Below the pieces are notes generated by a model. That model was not told the origin of the DNA and searched no databases. It saw only the letters and a program-made list of their open reading frames with translations. Of a DNA stretch of 64,000 nt, positions 38,268 to 47,963 are shown in pieces. A program made the position numbers and the translations under genes. Numbering within the stretch: position 1 is the first letter of the stretch; the number at the start of each line of letters is the position of its first letter. Location: positions 2,336,001 to 2,400,000 of the forward strand of contig OZ242008.1 of the NCBI GenBank assembly GCA_965204735.1, in the 5' to 3' direction. Origin of the DNA: Longimicrobiales bacterium. Its GTDB lineage: Bacteria; Gemmatimonadota; Gemmatimonadetes; Longimicrobiales; Gaopeijiaceae.

Positions 38268-39370
38268 ACGGCAGTCAGGGCCGACGGCCGGCGAAGAATC
38301 TCAAGCAGGTCGTCGTGGATCTTCTGCCAGGACTGGTCAAGGTTGATCGTGCAGGCCTGGATGCGGAAGCATTCGAGGCGGACTTCGGCCGCCACCGGCT
38401 CGTCCACTTGCGGGTACAGCAGGATGCCCTCGTGCCTCGGCCCGTCGGGCTTGGTGGCCTGCCGGTTCCGCATGTACGTCAGCAGCTGGTACAGGTTGGT
38501 GGACTTGAGCTTGGCGGAGCCGTAGCGTCCAGCCAGCGCCTCTCCGTAGTACTTCGTGTCCATGATGATCCGCCGGTCCTTCGATTCGAGGATAATGTCC
38601 GCCTCCATCCGAGGGATCAGGGCACGGTCCTCGTCGGTGGCGCCCTCCCTTCCGCACCACGAAATGCCTTTTCCCCCAGCATTAACGCGAAACTTCTCCT
38701 GCTCCCGCCGGTAGAAGCCGGTGACGAAATTCTCGAACAGCCGCCACATCTTGCGTCTGTCAGTCCGCAAGTCCACAAAGATCGTCCGATCCTGCCTGCT
38801 CCCATCCACCAGCTGACTATCGTACACCAACCGGCACACCGAAAGCAGGAAGCGGTACAGACGACGGTTTCGGTCCAGTTGAACCAGCCCAAAGGTCCGT
38901 CGCCGCAGGGGGACGACCGACACGCCCCCCAATCTGTGGTACGCAGACACGACTTCCTGTCGCACTCCACCGTCAAGCCCCGTCACTTTGCCCCGCGTCC
39001 CCCGCCTCCGTCTCCCCAACCTCCTGAGCGAATCGAGAGACGACCGTAGAATGCGGTTCGGCAGAATGTCCACGGACAGCTCCTCGAAGTCGCACGCCGC
39101 TCGACCTCGAGCCCGGAGCGCCCGCTTGGCCGTCTCGCTTACCGCCAGCTTGCCGCGGATCCCCGCCAAGTCCTCCCTGCGCTCGACGTAGCCCCGGTCG
39201 ATGCCCCGTCGACGAAGCCGATTGGTGCCGGTCGCCAACACCTTGCCCAGGAGGTCCTGTACGGCCGAGAGCTCGCCAGCGTCGTCCAGCACCCTCGTGT
39301 CCCGTTCCTCTGCGAAGTCCCATGCGTAGCACAGCAGATAGTACAGGTTACGTATGGGTATGTCCTTCAC
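38264..39370 (-). CDS. mcrC: McrC-family restriction nuclease subunit
   Basis: IPIRNLYYLLCYAW, LFENFV, ADI...IIMDTKYY, LYQL..Y, GILLYP. Confidence 0.94.
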   Translation of the reverse strand: MKDIPIRNLYYLLCYAWDFAEERDTRVLDDAGELSAVQDLLGKVLATGTNRLRRRGIDRGYVERREDLAGIRGKLAVSETAKRALRARGRAACDFEELSVDILPNRILRSSLDSLRRLGRRRRGTRGKVTGLDGGVRQEVVSAYHRLGGVSVVPLRRRTFGLVQLDRNRRLYRFLLSVCRLVYDSQLVDGSRQDRTIFVDLRTDRRKMWRLFENFVTGFYRREQEKFRVNAGGKGISWCGREGATDEDRALIPRMEADIILESKDRRIIMDTKYYGEALAGRYGSAKLKSTNLYQLLTYMRNRQATKPDGPRHEGILLYPQVDEPVAAEVRLECFRIQACTINLDQSWQKIHDDLLEILRRPSALTAV

Positions 39371-40833
39371 TCAAGCAGCTCCTTGATTGCCTGCTTCGCC
39401 TTGCCCGGGTTATCGAACCAGTACTCGCGAAGCAGCGGTGCGATCTGGGTCTCGACGATCTTGACATACCAGTCATGCGCTTTACCATCAACCTCCTCCT
39501 CAGGGCCTCCAGGAACAAAATAGCTGTGTCCGATCTCGAAACCCCGTCCAAGTTCGGCGTCTTTCCGAATCTCTTTGTTGAGGTCGGCCATTCGGTCTTG
39601 GATCAATCCGATCGTGTCTTCATCTACTCCATTGTCCCCAAGGTATTTCCTGAACTTAATCTGTCCGACGGGGCTGCCAAACGCAGGCGCCAGATCCTCA
39701 AAGGCGAAGCGGCGACGCAACGCATAGTCCACAACCGCCAAGGAGCGGTCCGCCGTGTTCATCATGCCCAGGATGTACACGTTCGGCGGGACGAAGAACC
39801 GTTCACTCGGAGACCCGTATGTGAGTGAGGCCGCGTACTGCTTCTCCCGTTTGTCGGCCTCTATCAACATGAGCAATTCGCCGAAGATGCGGGATATGTT
39901 GCCTCTGTTGATTTCGTCGATGATGAAGACGTACTGCGTGTCCTTGTCTCCCCTGGCTCTCTCGCAGAATCTATAGAACACTCCGTGTCGCAGGGTGAAC
40001 CCTCCGGTTTCCGTCGGCCGGTAGCCCTGAACGAAGTCCTCGTACGCATAGGACTGGTGGAACTGCACCATCTCGATGGAACGGGAGTCCTTCGACCCGA
40101 TCAGGCACCAAGCAAGCCTTCGCGCCATGAACGTCTTTCCGGTTCCCGGCGGCCCTTGCAGGATCAGGTTCTTGCGCAACTTCAGCATGTCGAGAATGCG
40201 ATTGAAATGCTCGTCGCGCACAAACAAGTCAGTCAGAGCGTGTTGCACGGTGTATGGCTCGTCAACTGGAGTCACGGGATCGATGAGCCGAAACATAATG
40301 TAGAGCCAATCTTTGTAGGGGGTGAAGTCGGTCAACGTCTTTTTCGCGATTCCTCGATTTCCGACCGGAATGCTCACTGGTGATTCGAGTGCATCCCACT
40401 TCACTGCCCGTGTGTGCCGATGGCCCTGGCTACTGCCATCATAGACGTAACCGCCTATTATCTTTCCCACGCCGAGAATGGCCTTGGTCCCATGCCTAAC
40501 AACAATCGTGTCGCCAATCTTCATCTTCCACCGAAAGTCGCTAAGCCCTCTCGCGATGTTCGTAGGTCTTTTCTTGTATTGGCCTGTTGCGATCAAAGCG
40601 TTCAGTATTTCTTCCCAGGACTTGTGGCTGCGCAGGTCACCGATATCCTCCCAGCCCACGGATGCAGTGCCGGAGTCCTTGAAGTTCTCCCAGAGTGTGC
40701 CATCGGGACCTGCAGCCAGGAGCCAGACACGCGAGTCCCCGAAACGCTCGCGATACCACTCCTCGTAGTTCACCGGTGCTGAAGCATCGTCGGCGATCTC
40801 CTCGCGGTCCGTGGCGCTCCCGTCCTGCATCAC
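39367..40833 (-). CDS. mcrB: McrB-family AAA+ GTPase
   Basis: GPPGTGKT, VQFHQSY.YEDF, IIDEINRGN, MNTADRS, DYALRRRF, IGHSYF; low GC. Confidence 0.95.
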   Translation of the reverse strand: MMQDGSATDREEIADDASAPVNYEEWYRERFGDSRVWLLAAGPDGTLWENFKDSGTASVGWEDIGDLRSHKSWEEILNALIATGQYKKRPTNIARGLSDFRWKMKIGDTIVVRHGTKAILGVGKIIGGYVYDGSSQGHRHTRAVKWDALESPVSIPVGNRGIAKKTLTDFTPYKDWLYIMFRLIDPVTPVDEPYTVQHALTDLFVRDEHFNRILDMLKLRKNLILQGPPGTGKTFMARRLAWCLIGSKDSRSIEMVQFHQSYAYEDFVQGYRPTETGGFTLRHGVFYRFCERARGDKDTQYVFIIDEINRGNISRIFGELLMLIEADKREKQYAASLTYGSPSERFFVPPNVYILGMMNTADRSLAVVDYALRRRFAFEDLAPAFGSPVGQIKFRKYLGDNGVDEDTIGLIQDRMADLNKEIRKDAELGRGFEIGHSYFVPGGPEEEVDGKAHDWYVKIVETQIAPLLREYWFDNPGKAKQAIKELLE

Positions 40834-40846
40834 GTTCTCCCCTCCC

Positions 40847-41335
40847 CTACCGGCGCAGCCATGACCTGTGCACCGGGCTCTCGATCGTCAGATACACCGT
40901 CTCCCCTGGGCCGACGGCAATGCGGTTGGTGGTGAAGCGGTCGCCCGCCAGGAGGTCGATGCGGACGCGGAGGTCGTTGATCGCGGGCCACGGCATGTTG
41001 AACGACGCGCGGCCATTGCCGGGAACGATGCCGAGCCGGCGCTCGCCGTGGTAGAGCGCCCGGACCGTGGCTTCGTTGAAGTTGTTGTTGACGGCGTTGA
41101 CGCGAATGCTGCCGGAGCCACCGCCACCACCCTCGAAGGGGCTCGGCACCTCACGAGAGCCGGAGGCGCATCCGGTCGCGACCAAGGCTGCAGCAACCAC
41201 TGCGCAAGCCTCGATCACGGCCGACCCAAACGCGGCTCCGCCCGTCCGCCGGCGCGCGGACAGGCCCGCTCGCCGCCACCGTGCCAGCCGGCTCCACCCC
41301 CGCCGGCCCAGCACCCGCTCCCGCCGTCTGCCCAT
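40847..41335 (-). CDS. Hypothetical lipoprotein
   Basis: TGATG overlap start; VATGC lipobox; beta-rich mature part. Confidence 0.7.
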   Translation of the reverse strand: MGRRRERVLGRRGWSRLARWRRAGLSARRRTGGAAFGSAVIEACAVVAAALVATGCASGSREVPSPFEGGGGGSGSIRVNAVNNNFNEATVRALYHGERRLGIVPGNGRASFNMPWPAINDLRVRIDLLAGDRFTTNRIAVGPGETVYLTIESPVHRSWLRR

Positions 41336-44300
41336 CAGCTCACCAGCCGCCGGTCCTCGATAGGCTCCAGACCCTCGCGGATCAGCAGGTCGTTGAGGGC
41401 GCCCAGGTCGCGGCGGATCACGATCTCCATCTGGGAGATCTGCTCGTCCAGCAGCGCCGACAGGTGCTCGAAGACTTGGTAGGACTGGTCGGTGGGCCGG
41501 CTCTCGGAGCTCTCCACGACGCCCAGGAGCGCGGCCAGCTTGTTGTTCAGCTTGATCGGGTAGTTGAGGGGGTCCTGGTTGCTCTGGTTCCGGACCTGGT
41601 AGATCTCGGCCTCGACCACGTTCAGGTTCTCCTCGACGACCTCGGCCTGCTCCTCGATCTCGTCTTCGTCGGTCTCCTCCAGCCGCTCGGCGATCTGGCC
41701 CTCGATGTCGCGGACCTTGATCACCGCCTCGTTGGCCGCCGACACCCGGTCCCGAATCTCGATCGCCAGCTCGAAGCGCTCGCGGAGGTCCGCCACCGTC
41801 ACGCCCTCCAGGTTGGGGTTGACCAGGACCTCGAAGTCGCGGGCCTGGGGCGTGCCGTCGTCCACGGTCATGCGCACGGTGTAGCTGCCGGGAACCGCCG
41901 TCGGTCCCATGGGACGCGCCGCCCACATGATCCGCCCGTTGAAGTCGGTCCACGCCGGGTAGCGCAAGTCCCAGCGGAACGAATGAGCCCCCGCCTTCAC
42001 CGACGGCGTGGCGGCGCCGCCGCCCCCGAAGAAGCGCGCAAAGGGGCTCTCGTCCTCCTCTTCCTCCTCCTCGTCGCTGGCCACGCCCTCGAAGGCGCGG
42101 ACCACCTCGCCGGCGGCGTCCAGCACCTCGATCTCGACCCGCTCCGCGTCCTCCGCCAAGTAGTACTGGAAGCTCGCGCCCCGGTCGATCCCCCGCACCG
42201 GGTCCGTCGGCTCGAAGAGCCACGACTCCGCCGCCGCCACTTCGTCGTTCATCTGCCGCAGCGGCCCGACGTTCTCCAGGACCCAGAACGACCGCCCGTG
42301 AGTGGCGACCACCACGTCGTTCTCCTCCACGACCAGGTCGGACACCTGCACGACCGGCAGGTTCAGCGAGAGGGGCTGCCACCGGCCGCCGTCGTCGAAC
42401 GACACGTACACCGTGCGCTCCGACGCCGCGTAGAGGAGCCCGGGCCGCTTCGGGTCCTCGCGGGTGGCGCGGATGAAGTCGTCCCCCGGCAGCCCGTTCA
42501 CGATCTTCGTCCAGGTGGCGCCGTAGTCCTCCGTCCTCCACACGTAGGGCGACCGGTCGTCGTCCACCAGGTAGCGGATGCCGGAGACGTAAGCCTTGCC
42601 CCGGGCGTTGGGCGACGCTTCGATGGTGTTGATGCGCACGTGATCCGGCGCGTCGGGCGGGGTCACATTGGTCCAGTTCGTCCCGCCGTCGCGGGTCACG
42701 TGGACGAGCCCGTCGTCGGAGCCCGCCCAGATCACTTCCGGGTCGTGGTAGGACGGCGCGACGGCAAAGACGGTCGCGTACGTCTCCACGCCGGTCTGGT
42801 CCTTGGTGATCGGGCCGCCCGAAGGGCCCATCGTCGCCGGGTCCGCGCGGGTCAGGTCGGGGCTGATCTGCTCCCACGACTGCCCCTCCGTCGTCGTCTT
42901 CCAGACCTTCTGCGTGCCCGTGTAGAGCACCTCCGGGTCGTGATGAGAGAAGACGATGGGGAACGTCCACTGGACCCGCTCGATCAGGTCCTCCGACGAC
43001 TGCCCCATGGGGTTCTCGGGCCACACGTTGACGGCCCGGGTCGCGCCCGTGGCCATGTCGAAGCGGGAGAGCGCCCCGCCGTAGCATCCGGCGTAGAAGA
43101 CGTCCAGGTCGATCGGGTTCGGCGCCACGTAGCCGCTCTCGCAGCCGCCGACGGCGTAGTACCACGACCGGTTCCCCGGCCCCCGCGCCGCCATCTGGTT
43201 CCATCCCCGGACCGGGATGCACGCGGTGGAGTTGTCCTGCTGCCCGCCGCAGATGTGGTACGGCGTGTGCTCGGTGGTGATCACGCGGTAGAACTGGGCC
43301 GTCGAGTAGTCCTGGTCCGTCCACGTGCGCCCGCCGTTGAAGGAGACGTTGGCGCCGCCGTCGTTCGCGTTGACCATCCGGTCCGAGTCGTCGGGCGCGA
43401 TCCAGAGGTCGTGGTTGTCGCCGTGGGGGACTTGGATGCCCCGGGGGAAGGTCTCGCCGCCGTCCCGTGAGCGGTACAGTCCCGTGTTCAGCGCGTACAT
43501 CACGTTCTCGTCGTTGGGGTCGGCGTAGACGCGGGTGTAGTAGAAGGCCCGCTGTCGCAGCTTGCGCTCGTCGTTCACCTTCTCCCAAGTGGCCCCGGCG
43601 TCGTCGGAGCGCCAGACGCCTCCGTCGGGCTCGTGCTCGATCAGCGCCCACACCCGGTCGGGGTTCGCAGGCGAGACCGCGACGCCGATCTTGCCCACGG
43701 GGCCGTCCGACAGTCCTACGTTGTCCGTGATCTCGGTCCAGCTCTCGCCGCCGTCGGTGGACTTGAAGAGCCCGCTCCCGTCGCCGCCCGACGACATGCC
43801 CCACGAGCGCCGCCACGCCTCCCACACCGAGGCGTAGAGCACGTCGGGGTTGGTCGCGTCCACGCTGACGTCCACGGCGCCCGCCTTCTCGCTCCGGTAG
43901 AGGACCTTGCGCCAGCTCTCGCCGCCGTCGGTGGTCTTGAAGACGCCCCGCTCGGGGTTGTCGGCCGAGTGCTTGCCGAAGGCGGCGGCCCACGCCACGT
44001 CGCAATCCTCCGGATGAATCCGGATGCGCGCGATGTTCTGGGTCTCGCGCAGGCCGACGTGCTCCCACGTCTCGCCGCCGTCGGTGGACTTGTAGGCCCC
44101 GTCCCCCTGCTGGATGTTCCCCCGCAGCTGGGTCTCGCCGGTGCCCATGTACACGACGTCCGGATCGGCCTCGCACACCTGCACCGCGCCGATCGACGCG
44201 CTGCCGATCTGTCCGTCGGTGACCGGCTCCCAGTTCTGCCCGCCGTCGGTCGTCTTCCAAAGTCCGCCGCCGGTGGTGCCCATGTAGTACTCGAAGGGCC

Positions 44301-44556
44301 GCGCGCCAGAGCCCGCCGCGGCGATGGAGCGGCCGCCCCGGGGCGGTCCCACGTTCCGCCACTCCAGCCCGCCCCAGAGGTCTTCGGAGTAGGCGTGCGC
44401 GGCGTCCTGGGCTTGGGCGAAGGCGGCCTCGTGCCCGGCGGCCCGGAAGGCGCCGGCCGAAGTCGCGACGAACGCCAGGGCGGCCGCGACGGCGAAGGAG
44501 CCTGCGAGGGCACCGCGGACGGAAGCGGCAGTACGGAAGTTCGGAGCGCGTCTCAT
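41335..44556 (-). CDS. Secreted BNR/Asp-box (VPS10/sortilin-like) beta-propeller glycosyl hydrolase-like protein
   Basis: WR.VGP.RGGR, many S/T.DGG.[ST]W Asp-boxes, C-terminal LNYP..LN..L helical tail. Confidence 0.9.
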   Translation of the reverse strand: MRRAPNFRTAASVRGALAGSFAVAAALAFVATSAGAFRAAGHEAAFAQAQDAAHAYSEDLWGGLEWRNVGPPRGGRSIAAAGSGARPFEYYMGTTGGGLWKTTDGGQNWEPVTDGQIGSASIGAVQVCEADPDVVYMGTGETQLRGNIQQGDGAYKSTDGGETWEHVGLRETQNIARIRIHPEDCDVAWAAAFGKHSADNPERGVFKTTDGGESWRKVLYRSEKAGAVDVSVDATNPDVLYASVWEAWRRSWGMSSGGDGSGLFKSTDGGESWTEITDNVGLSDGPVGKIGVAVSPANPDRVWALIEHEPDGGVWRSDDAGATWEKVNDERKLRQRAFYYTRVYADPNDENVMYALNTGLYRSRDGGETFPRGIQVPHGDNHDLWIAPDDSDRMVNANDGGANVSFNGGRTWTDQDYSTAQFYRVITTEHTPYHICGGQQDNSTACIPVRGWNQMAARGPGNRSWYYAVGGCESGYVAPNPIDLDVFYAGCYGGALSRFDMATGATRAVNVWPENPMGQSSEDLIERVQWTFPIVFSHHDPEVLYTGTQKVWKTTTEGQSWEQISPDLTRADPATMGPSGGPITKDQTGVETYATVFAVAPSYHDPEVIWAGSDDGLVHVTRDGGTNWTNVTPPDAPDHVRINTIEASPNARGKAYVSGIRYLVDDDRSPYVWRTEDYGATWTKIVNGLPGDDFIRATREDPKRPGLLYAASERTVYVSFDDGGRWQPLSLNLPVVQVSDLVVEENDVVVATHGRSFWVLENVGPLRQMNDEVAAAESWLFEPTDPVRGIDRGASFQYYLAEDAERVEIEVLDAAGEVVRAFEGVASDEEEEEEDESPFARFFGGGGAATPSVKAGAHSFRWDLRYPAWTDFNGRIMWAARPMGPTAVPGSYTVRMTVDDGTPQARDFEVLVNPNLEGVTVADLRERFELAIEIRDRVSAANEAVIKVRDIEGQIAERLEETDEDEIEEQAEVVEENLNVVEAEIYQVRNQSNQDPLNYPIKLNNKLAALLGVVESSESRPTDQSYQVFEHLSALLDEQISQMEIVIRRDLGALNDLLIREGLEPIEDRRLVS

Positions 44557-44659
44557 GGGCACCAGGAGGAAGCGGATGCGAGCGTGTCGGCCGCCGAAGC
44601 AAGGCGCGGAGCCCGACGAGGGAACCTGCATTATACGGGACAAGGGGCGGGAATGCGAC

Positions 44660-45085
44660 CTAGCAGCCGGCTTGGGGCACGGTCTCGAACCCTGCCTGGG
44701 AGAAGCGTTGATCCGTAGTCAGAGCCTTGCGAATGCGCATCTCCTCCATCACGACGAAGCTGGTGCAGTCCGTGAACGAGAAGCGCTCGTCCTTCCAGGT
44801 GAAGAACCAACGGCGCGCCTTTTCGGCACGGGCAGCGCCGATCCGCATCCACTGAAGCCGACGGCTCGCGTCCACCGTGGCCCACCAACGCTCCGCGGCC
44901 GGCAAGCCCAGCCGTCCCCGAACGAGCGTCAGCGTCTCGGCCACCACGTAGTCGGTCGACACCAGGACGCCGCCGCCGATCATCCAGGAATCGCGAGCGC
45001 TGCAACATGCCGCGTGCATCGGATCGGCGCCGTCCGCCATCGCCATCCAGCCGGCCGTGTCGACGAACAGCCTCTCCCTACGCAT
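44660..45085 (-). CDS. vapC: PIN-domain toxin (VapC-like)
   Basis: FVDT, V.AET, SFTDC.SF, TTD..F..AGF. Confidence 0.92.
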   Translation of the reverse strand: MRRERLFVDTAGWMAMADGADPMHAACCSARDSWMIGGGVLVSTDYVVAETLTLVRGRLGLPAAERWWATVDASRRLQWMRIGAARAEKARRWFFTWKDERFSFTDCTSFVVMEEMRIRKALTTDQRFSQAGFETVPQAGC

Positions 45086-45332
45086 CGGAATCGCCGTAGA
45101 GGACCCGGTCGTGATCGGCGGCCGTCAGCCCGTCCCCAGATCGTCCGACCGCGCCGGCATCGTAGAGCGAATCGGCCTCGGGCGTGCCAGCGCCAAAGCT
45201 TCCGTCCACTGGCACGATCCTGAACGCGGGCCGGCTGCGGTAGAGCACCGTGAACTCCTCGCCCCTGCGCACGCGCTCCACCACCTCTCGCATTCCGTGC
45301 CTGAGCGTCTTGACGTTGATCGTCTGGGACAT
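45078..45332 (-). CDS. Phd/YefM-type antitoxin
   Basis: IN.K.LR......V..V..GE.F.V..R.RP; overlaps PIN gene start. Confidence 0.88.
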   Translation of the reverse strand: MSQTINVKTLRHGMREVVERVRRGEEFTVLYRSRPAFRIVPVDGSFGAGTPEADSLYDAGAVGRSGDGLTAADHDRVLYGDSDA

Positions 45333-45371
45333 TGGTTACTCCGGTGCGTCGACATGGATGCTCTTTCCGCA

Positions 45372-45393
45372 AAGGTAAACTTAAGTTAACCTT
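45372..45393. promoter_or_regulatory. 22-bp AT-rich palindrome, probable TA operator
   Basis: AAGGTAAACTTAAGTTAACCTT (one mismatched pair), ~40 bp upstream of antitoxin ATG. Confidence 0.7.
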
Positions 45394-45564
45394 GCTTGCC
45401 AGCCCGTGGCAACGCCCGATGGTCCAAGTTGCCCAGGCGCTCTCCCGCGGGCGCCGGCGTCGGCGATCCAAGCCTGGGCAGCCGAGCCGCCCGATCCGGT
45501 CCGCCGACCGCCCACACCGCCGCCTTGGCTGGCGGCGTCTCCGCTCCGCCCCGATACTACGCCC

Positions 45565-46923
45565 ATGACGCTCAAGAGCGCGGTTCAGTCTTTGGTGCGG
45601 CCGATCTACATCCGCGCCCGCTTGGCCGAAGAGCGGTTCCGCTACGGGGTCGCATGGTGGCCGCTGGCGCCCGACTACCTGGCCGATCCCTACCCGGCGT
45701 GCCGCAGGCTCCGGGAGAAGGACCCGTACCACTTCAGCCCGCTGACGGGCCAGCTGGTGATCTCCCGCTACGAGGACGTGGACCGGATCCTCCGCGACCA
45801 CAAGCGGTTCAGCAACGACCTCGCCAAGGGCGGGACGCCGAAGCAGCTGAAGACCCGGAGCAAGCTCCGGAAGAGCATGTTGTCGCTTGACCCGCCGGAC
45901 CACACTCGCCTGCGGGGGCTGGTCAGCCGGGCGTTCACCCCTCGTTCCGTGGCCAAGGCGGAGGCGTTCGTGCGCGCCACGGCGCACTCGCTGCTGGACG
46001 CAGTGGGGGACCAAAGCCGGTTCGACTTGATGTCGGCGTTCGCCGGGCCGCTGCCGACTCTGGTCATCGCGCAGATGATCGGCGTGCCGGCGGACGACCT
46101 GGAGCGCTTCAAGCTCTGGTCGGACCGGTTCGCCCGAGTGCTGGAGCCGATCATCTCGGAGCGAGAGAAGGAGCACGTCCTCCAGACCGAGAAGGAGTTC
46201 GCGGAGTACTTCTCGGGGATCATCGAGGAGCGTCGGAAGGAGCCGCGAGACGACTTGGTGACGCGCTTGGTGCAGGCCGAGGACGAGGGAGACCGCCTGA
46301 CGTCCGACGAGACCAAGGTCATGTTGCGCCTCCTGCTGGTCGCCGGCAACGAGACCACCACCAACCTGATCGGCAACGGGACGCTGGCGCTGCTCCGCCA
46401 CCCGGAACAGATGGCGCTGCTGCGGGAGCGACCGGAGCTGATCCCTGCGGCGGTAGAGGAGCTGCTGCGCTACGACTCCCCCGTGCAGGTCGACGGGCGC
46501 TTCGTCGTCGACGACACGGAGATCGGCGGCAAGCAGGTGCGGGCGTCCAGTCGGCTCGCCCTGCTCATCGGCGGCGCCAACCACGATCCAGAACGGTTCG
46601 ACCGCCCCGACGAGCTGGACGTGACCCGTTCCGACGCCGGCAACATTTCCTTCGGACGCGGCATCCACCACTGCCTGGGCGCCCCCCTGGCCCGGCTGGA
46701 AGCCCGCGTCGCCTTCGAGACGCTCCTGGAGCGGTTCGGCGACCTGCGCTTGGACGGCCGACCTCCCGAGTTCCGGCCCACGATCGTCCTCCGCGGGCTG
46801 AAGCACCTGGAAGTGGGGGCTGCCGTTCGGTCGGGGGCCTCTATGCCTCGGAAGCGGGCACGGGGTTCCGCGAGGCCGTCCGGCGAGGCGGGTTCTCGAT
46901 CCGGGCCAGCACGAAGTCCTTGA
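45565..46923 (+). CDS. Cytochrome P450
   Basis: DPPDHTRLR, AGNETT, EELLR, FGRGIHHCLG heme motif. Confidence 0.97.
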   Translation: MTLKSAVQSLVRPIYIRARLAEERFRYGVAWWPLAPDYLADPYPACRRLREKDPYHFSPLTGQLVISRYEDVDRILRDHKRFSNDLAKGGTPKQLKTRSKLRKSMLSLDPPDHTRLRGLVSRAFTPRSVAKAEAFVRATAHSLLDAVGDQSRFDLMSAFAGPLPTLVIAQMIGVPADDLERFKLWSDRFARVLEPIISEREKEHVLQTEKEFAEYFSGIIEERRKEPRDDLVTRLVQAEDEGDRLTSDETKVMLRLLLVAGNETTTNLIGNGTLALLRHPEQMALLRERPELIPAAVEELLRYDSPVQVDGRFVVDDTEIGGKQVRASSRLALLIGGANHDPERFDRPDELDVTRSDAGNISFGRGIHHCLGAPLARLEARVAFETLLERFGDLRLDGRPPEFRPTIVLRGLKHLEVGAAVRSGASMPRKRARGSARPSGEAGSRSGPARSP

Positions 46924-47341
46924 AGTCGTCGAGCCGCTTGTTCATGTCGTCCAGCCGCCTGTTCATGTCGTCCAGCCGCTTGTTGACGAACGCGAGGATC
47001 CGCTGCTCCGATTCTCTGATGCTCCGATGCATCTCGGCCCGCAGAGCATCGATCTCGGCGCGGAGCTCGGCCTTGATGGACTCGATCTTCTTGTCCGTGG
47101 ACTTGAACTGCTGGGCGATTGTCTCGAACTGCTTGTCGATCGCCGCGAACCGCTTGTCGAGTGCTGCGAACTGCTTGTCGACCGACGCGAACTGCTTGTC
47201 GACCGACGCGAACTGCTTGTCGACCGACGCGAACCGATGCTCGAGGAACTTAAGAGTCCGCCGGTGCTGGTTGCTGAGCCACGCCAGAACCGCGACGAAG
47301 CCAGCAAGCCCGCCCCAGGTGTCGATCCACTCGATTCCCAT
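46841..47341 (-). CDS. N-terminally anchored heptad-repeat coiled-coil protein, copy 1 (166 aa)
   Basis: CAGGAG RBS; hydrophobic N-terminus; FASVDKQ-type 21-bp repeats; RLDDMNK/R repeats. Confidence 0.8.
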   Translation of the reverse strand: MGIEWIDTWGGLAGFVAVLAWLSNQHRRTLKFLEHRFASVDKQFASVDKQFASVDKQFAALDKRFAAIDKQFETIAQQFKSTDKKIESIKAELRAEIDALRAEMHRSIRESEQRILAFVNKRLDDMNRRLDDMNKRLDDFKDFVLARIENPPRRTASRNPVPASEA

Positions 47342-47724
47342 CTCCTGCCCCTTTCCGGCGACGCTTGCGTCACCATGCGCGTGAAGGTACTGCGACTCCA
47401 CCGTGCTTGGGAAGCCTAGCAGGAGTATGGGCTCCAGATATGGGCGTTCCCATGTCTGGATGGGACTAAATTTTCCGTCGAAGCTTGATCCGCTCCTGGT
47501 CTGTCGAGCGACAACCAAGGTGAGACGGTAGCGACAACCGAGGGCGGCGGCGAAGGCGGGGTTCAGCAGGGCGACGGGGTACAGGCTGGAGACGGACCCT
47601 CGCCTGCCGTCGGAGAAGTAAAAGCTGCGCGGGAGCAGGCGGTCGGACCCGCTGGGTGGGCGGTTCGAGCGCGTGGCGGCACCGCTGCTCGAGCGGAACC
47701 GGAGCTGCGGGCGGTGGCGGTCTT

Positions 47725-47963
47725 CGACTCCCCCGTGCAGGTCGACGGGCGCTTCGTCGTCGTCGACACGGAGATCGGCGACCTGCGCTTGGACGGCCGA
47801 CCTCCCGAGTTCCGGCCCACGATCGTCCTCCGCGGGCTGAAGCGCCTGGAAGTGGGGGCTGCCGTTCGGCCCCGGGGCCTCTATGCCTCGGAAGCGGGCA
47901 CGGGGTTCCGCGAGGCCGTCCGGCGAGGCGGGCTCTCGATCCGGGCCAGCACGAAGTCCTTGA
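47725..47963 (+). pseudogene. Duplicated, internally deleted 3' fragment of the P450 gene
   Basis: DSPVQVDGRFVV.DTEIG joined directly to DLRLDGRPPEFRPTIVLRGLK; heme motif removed. Confidence 0.85.
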
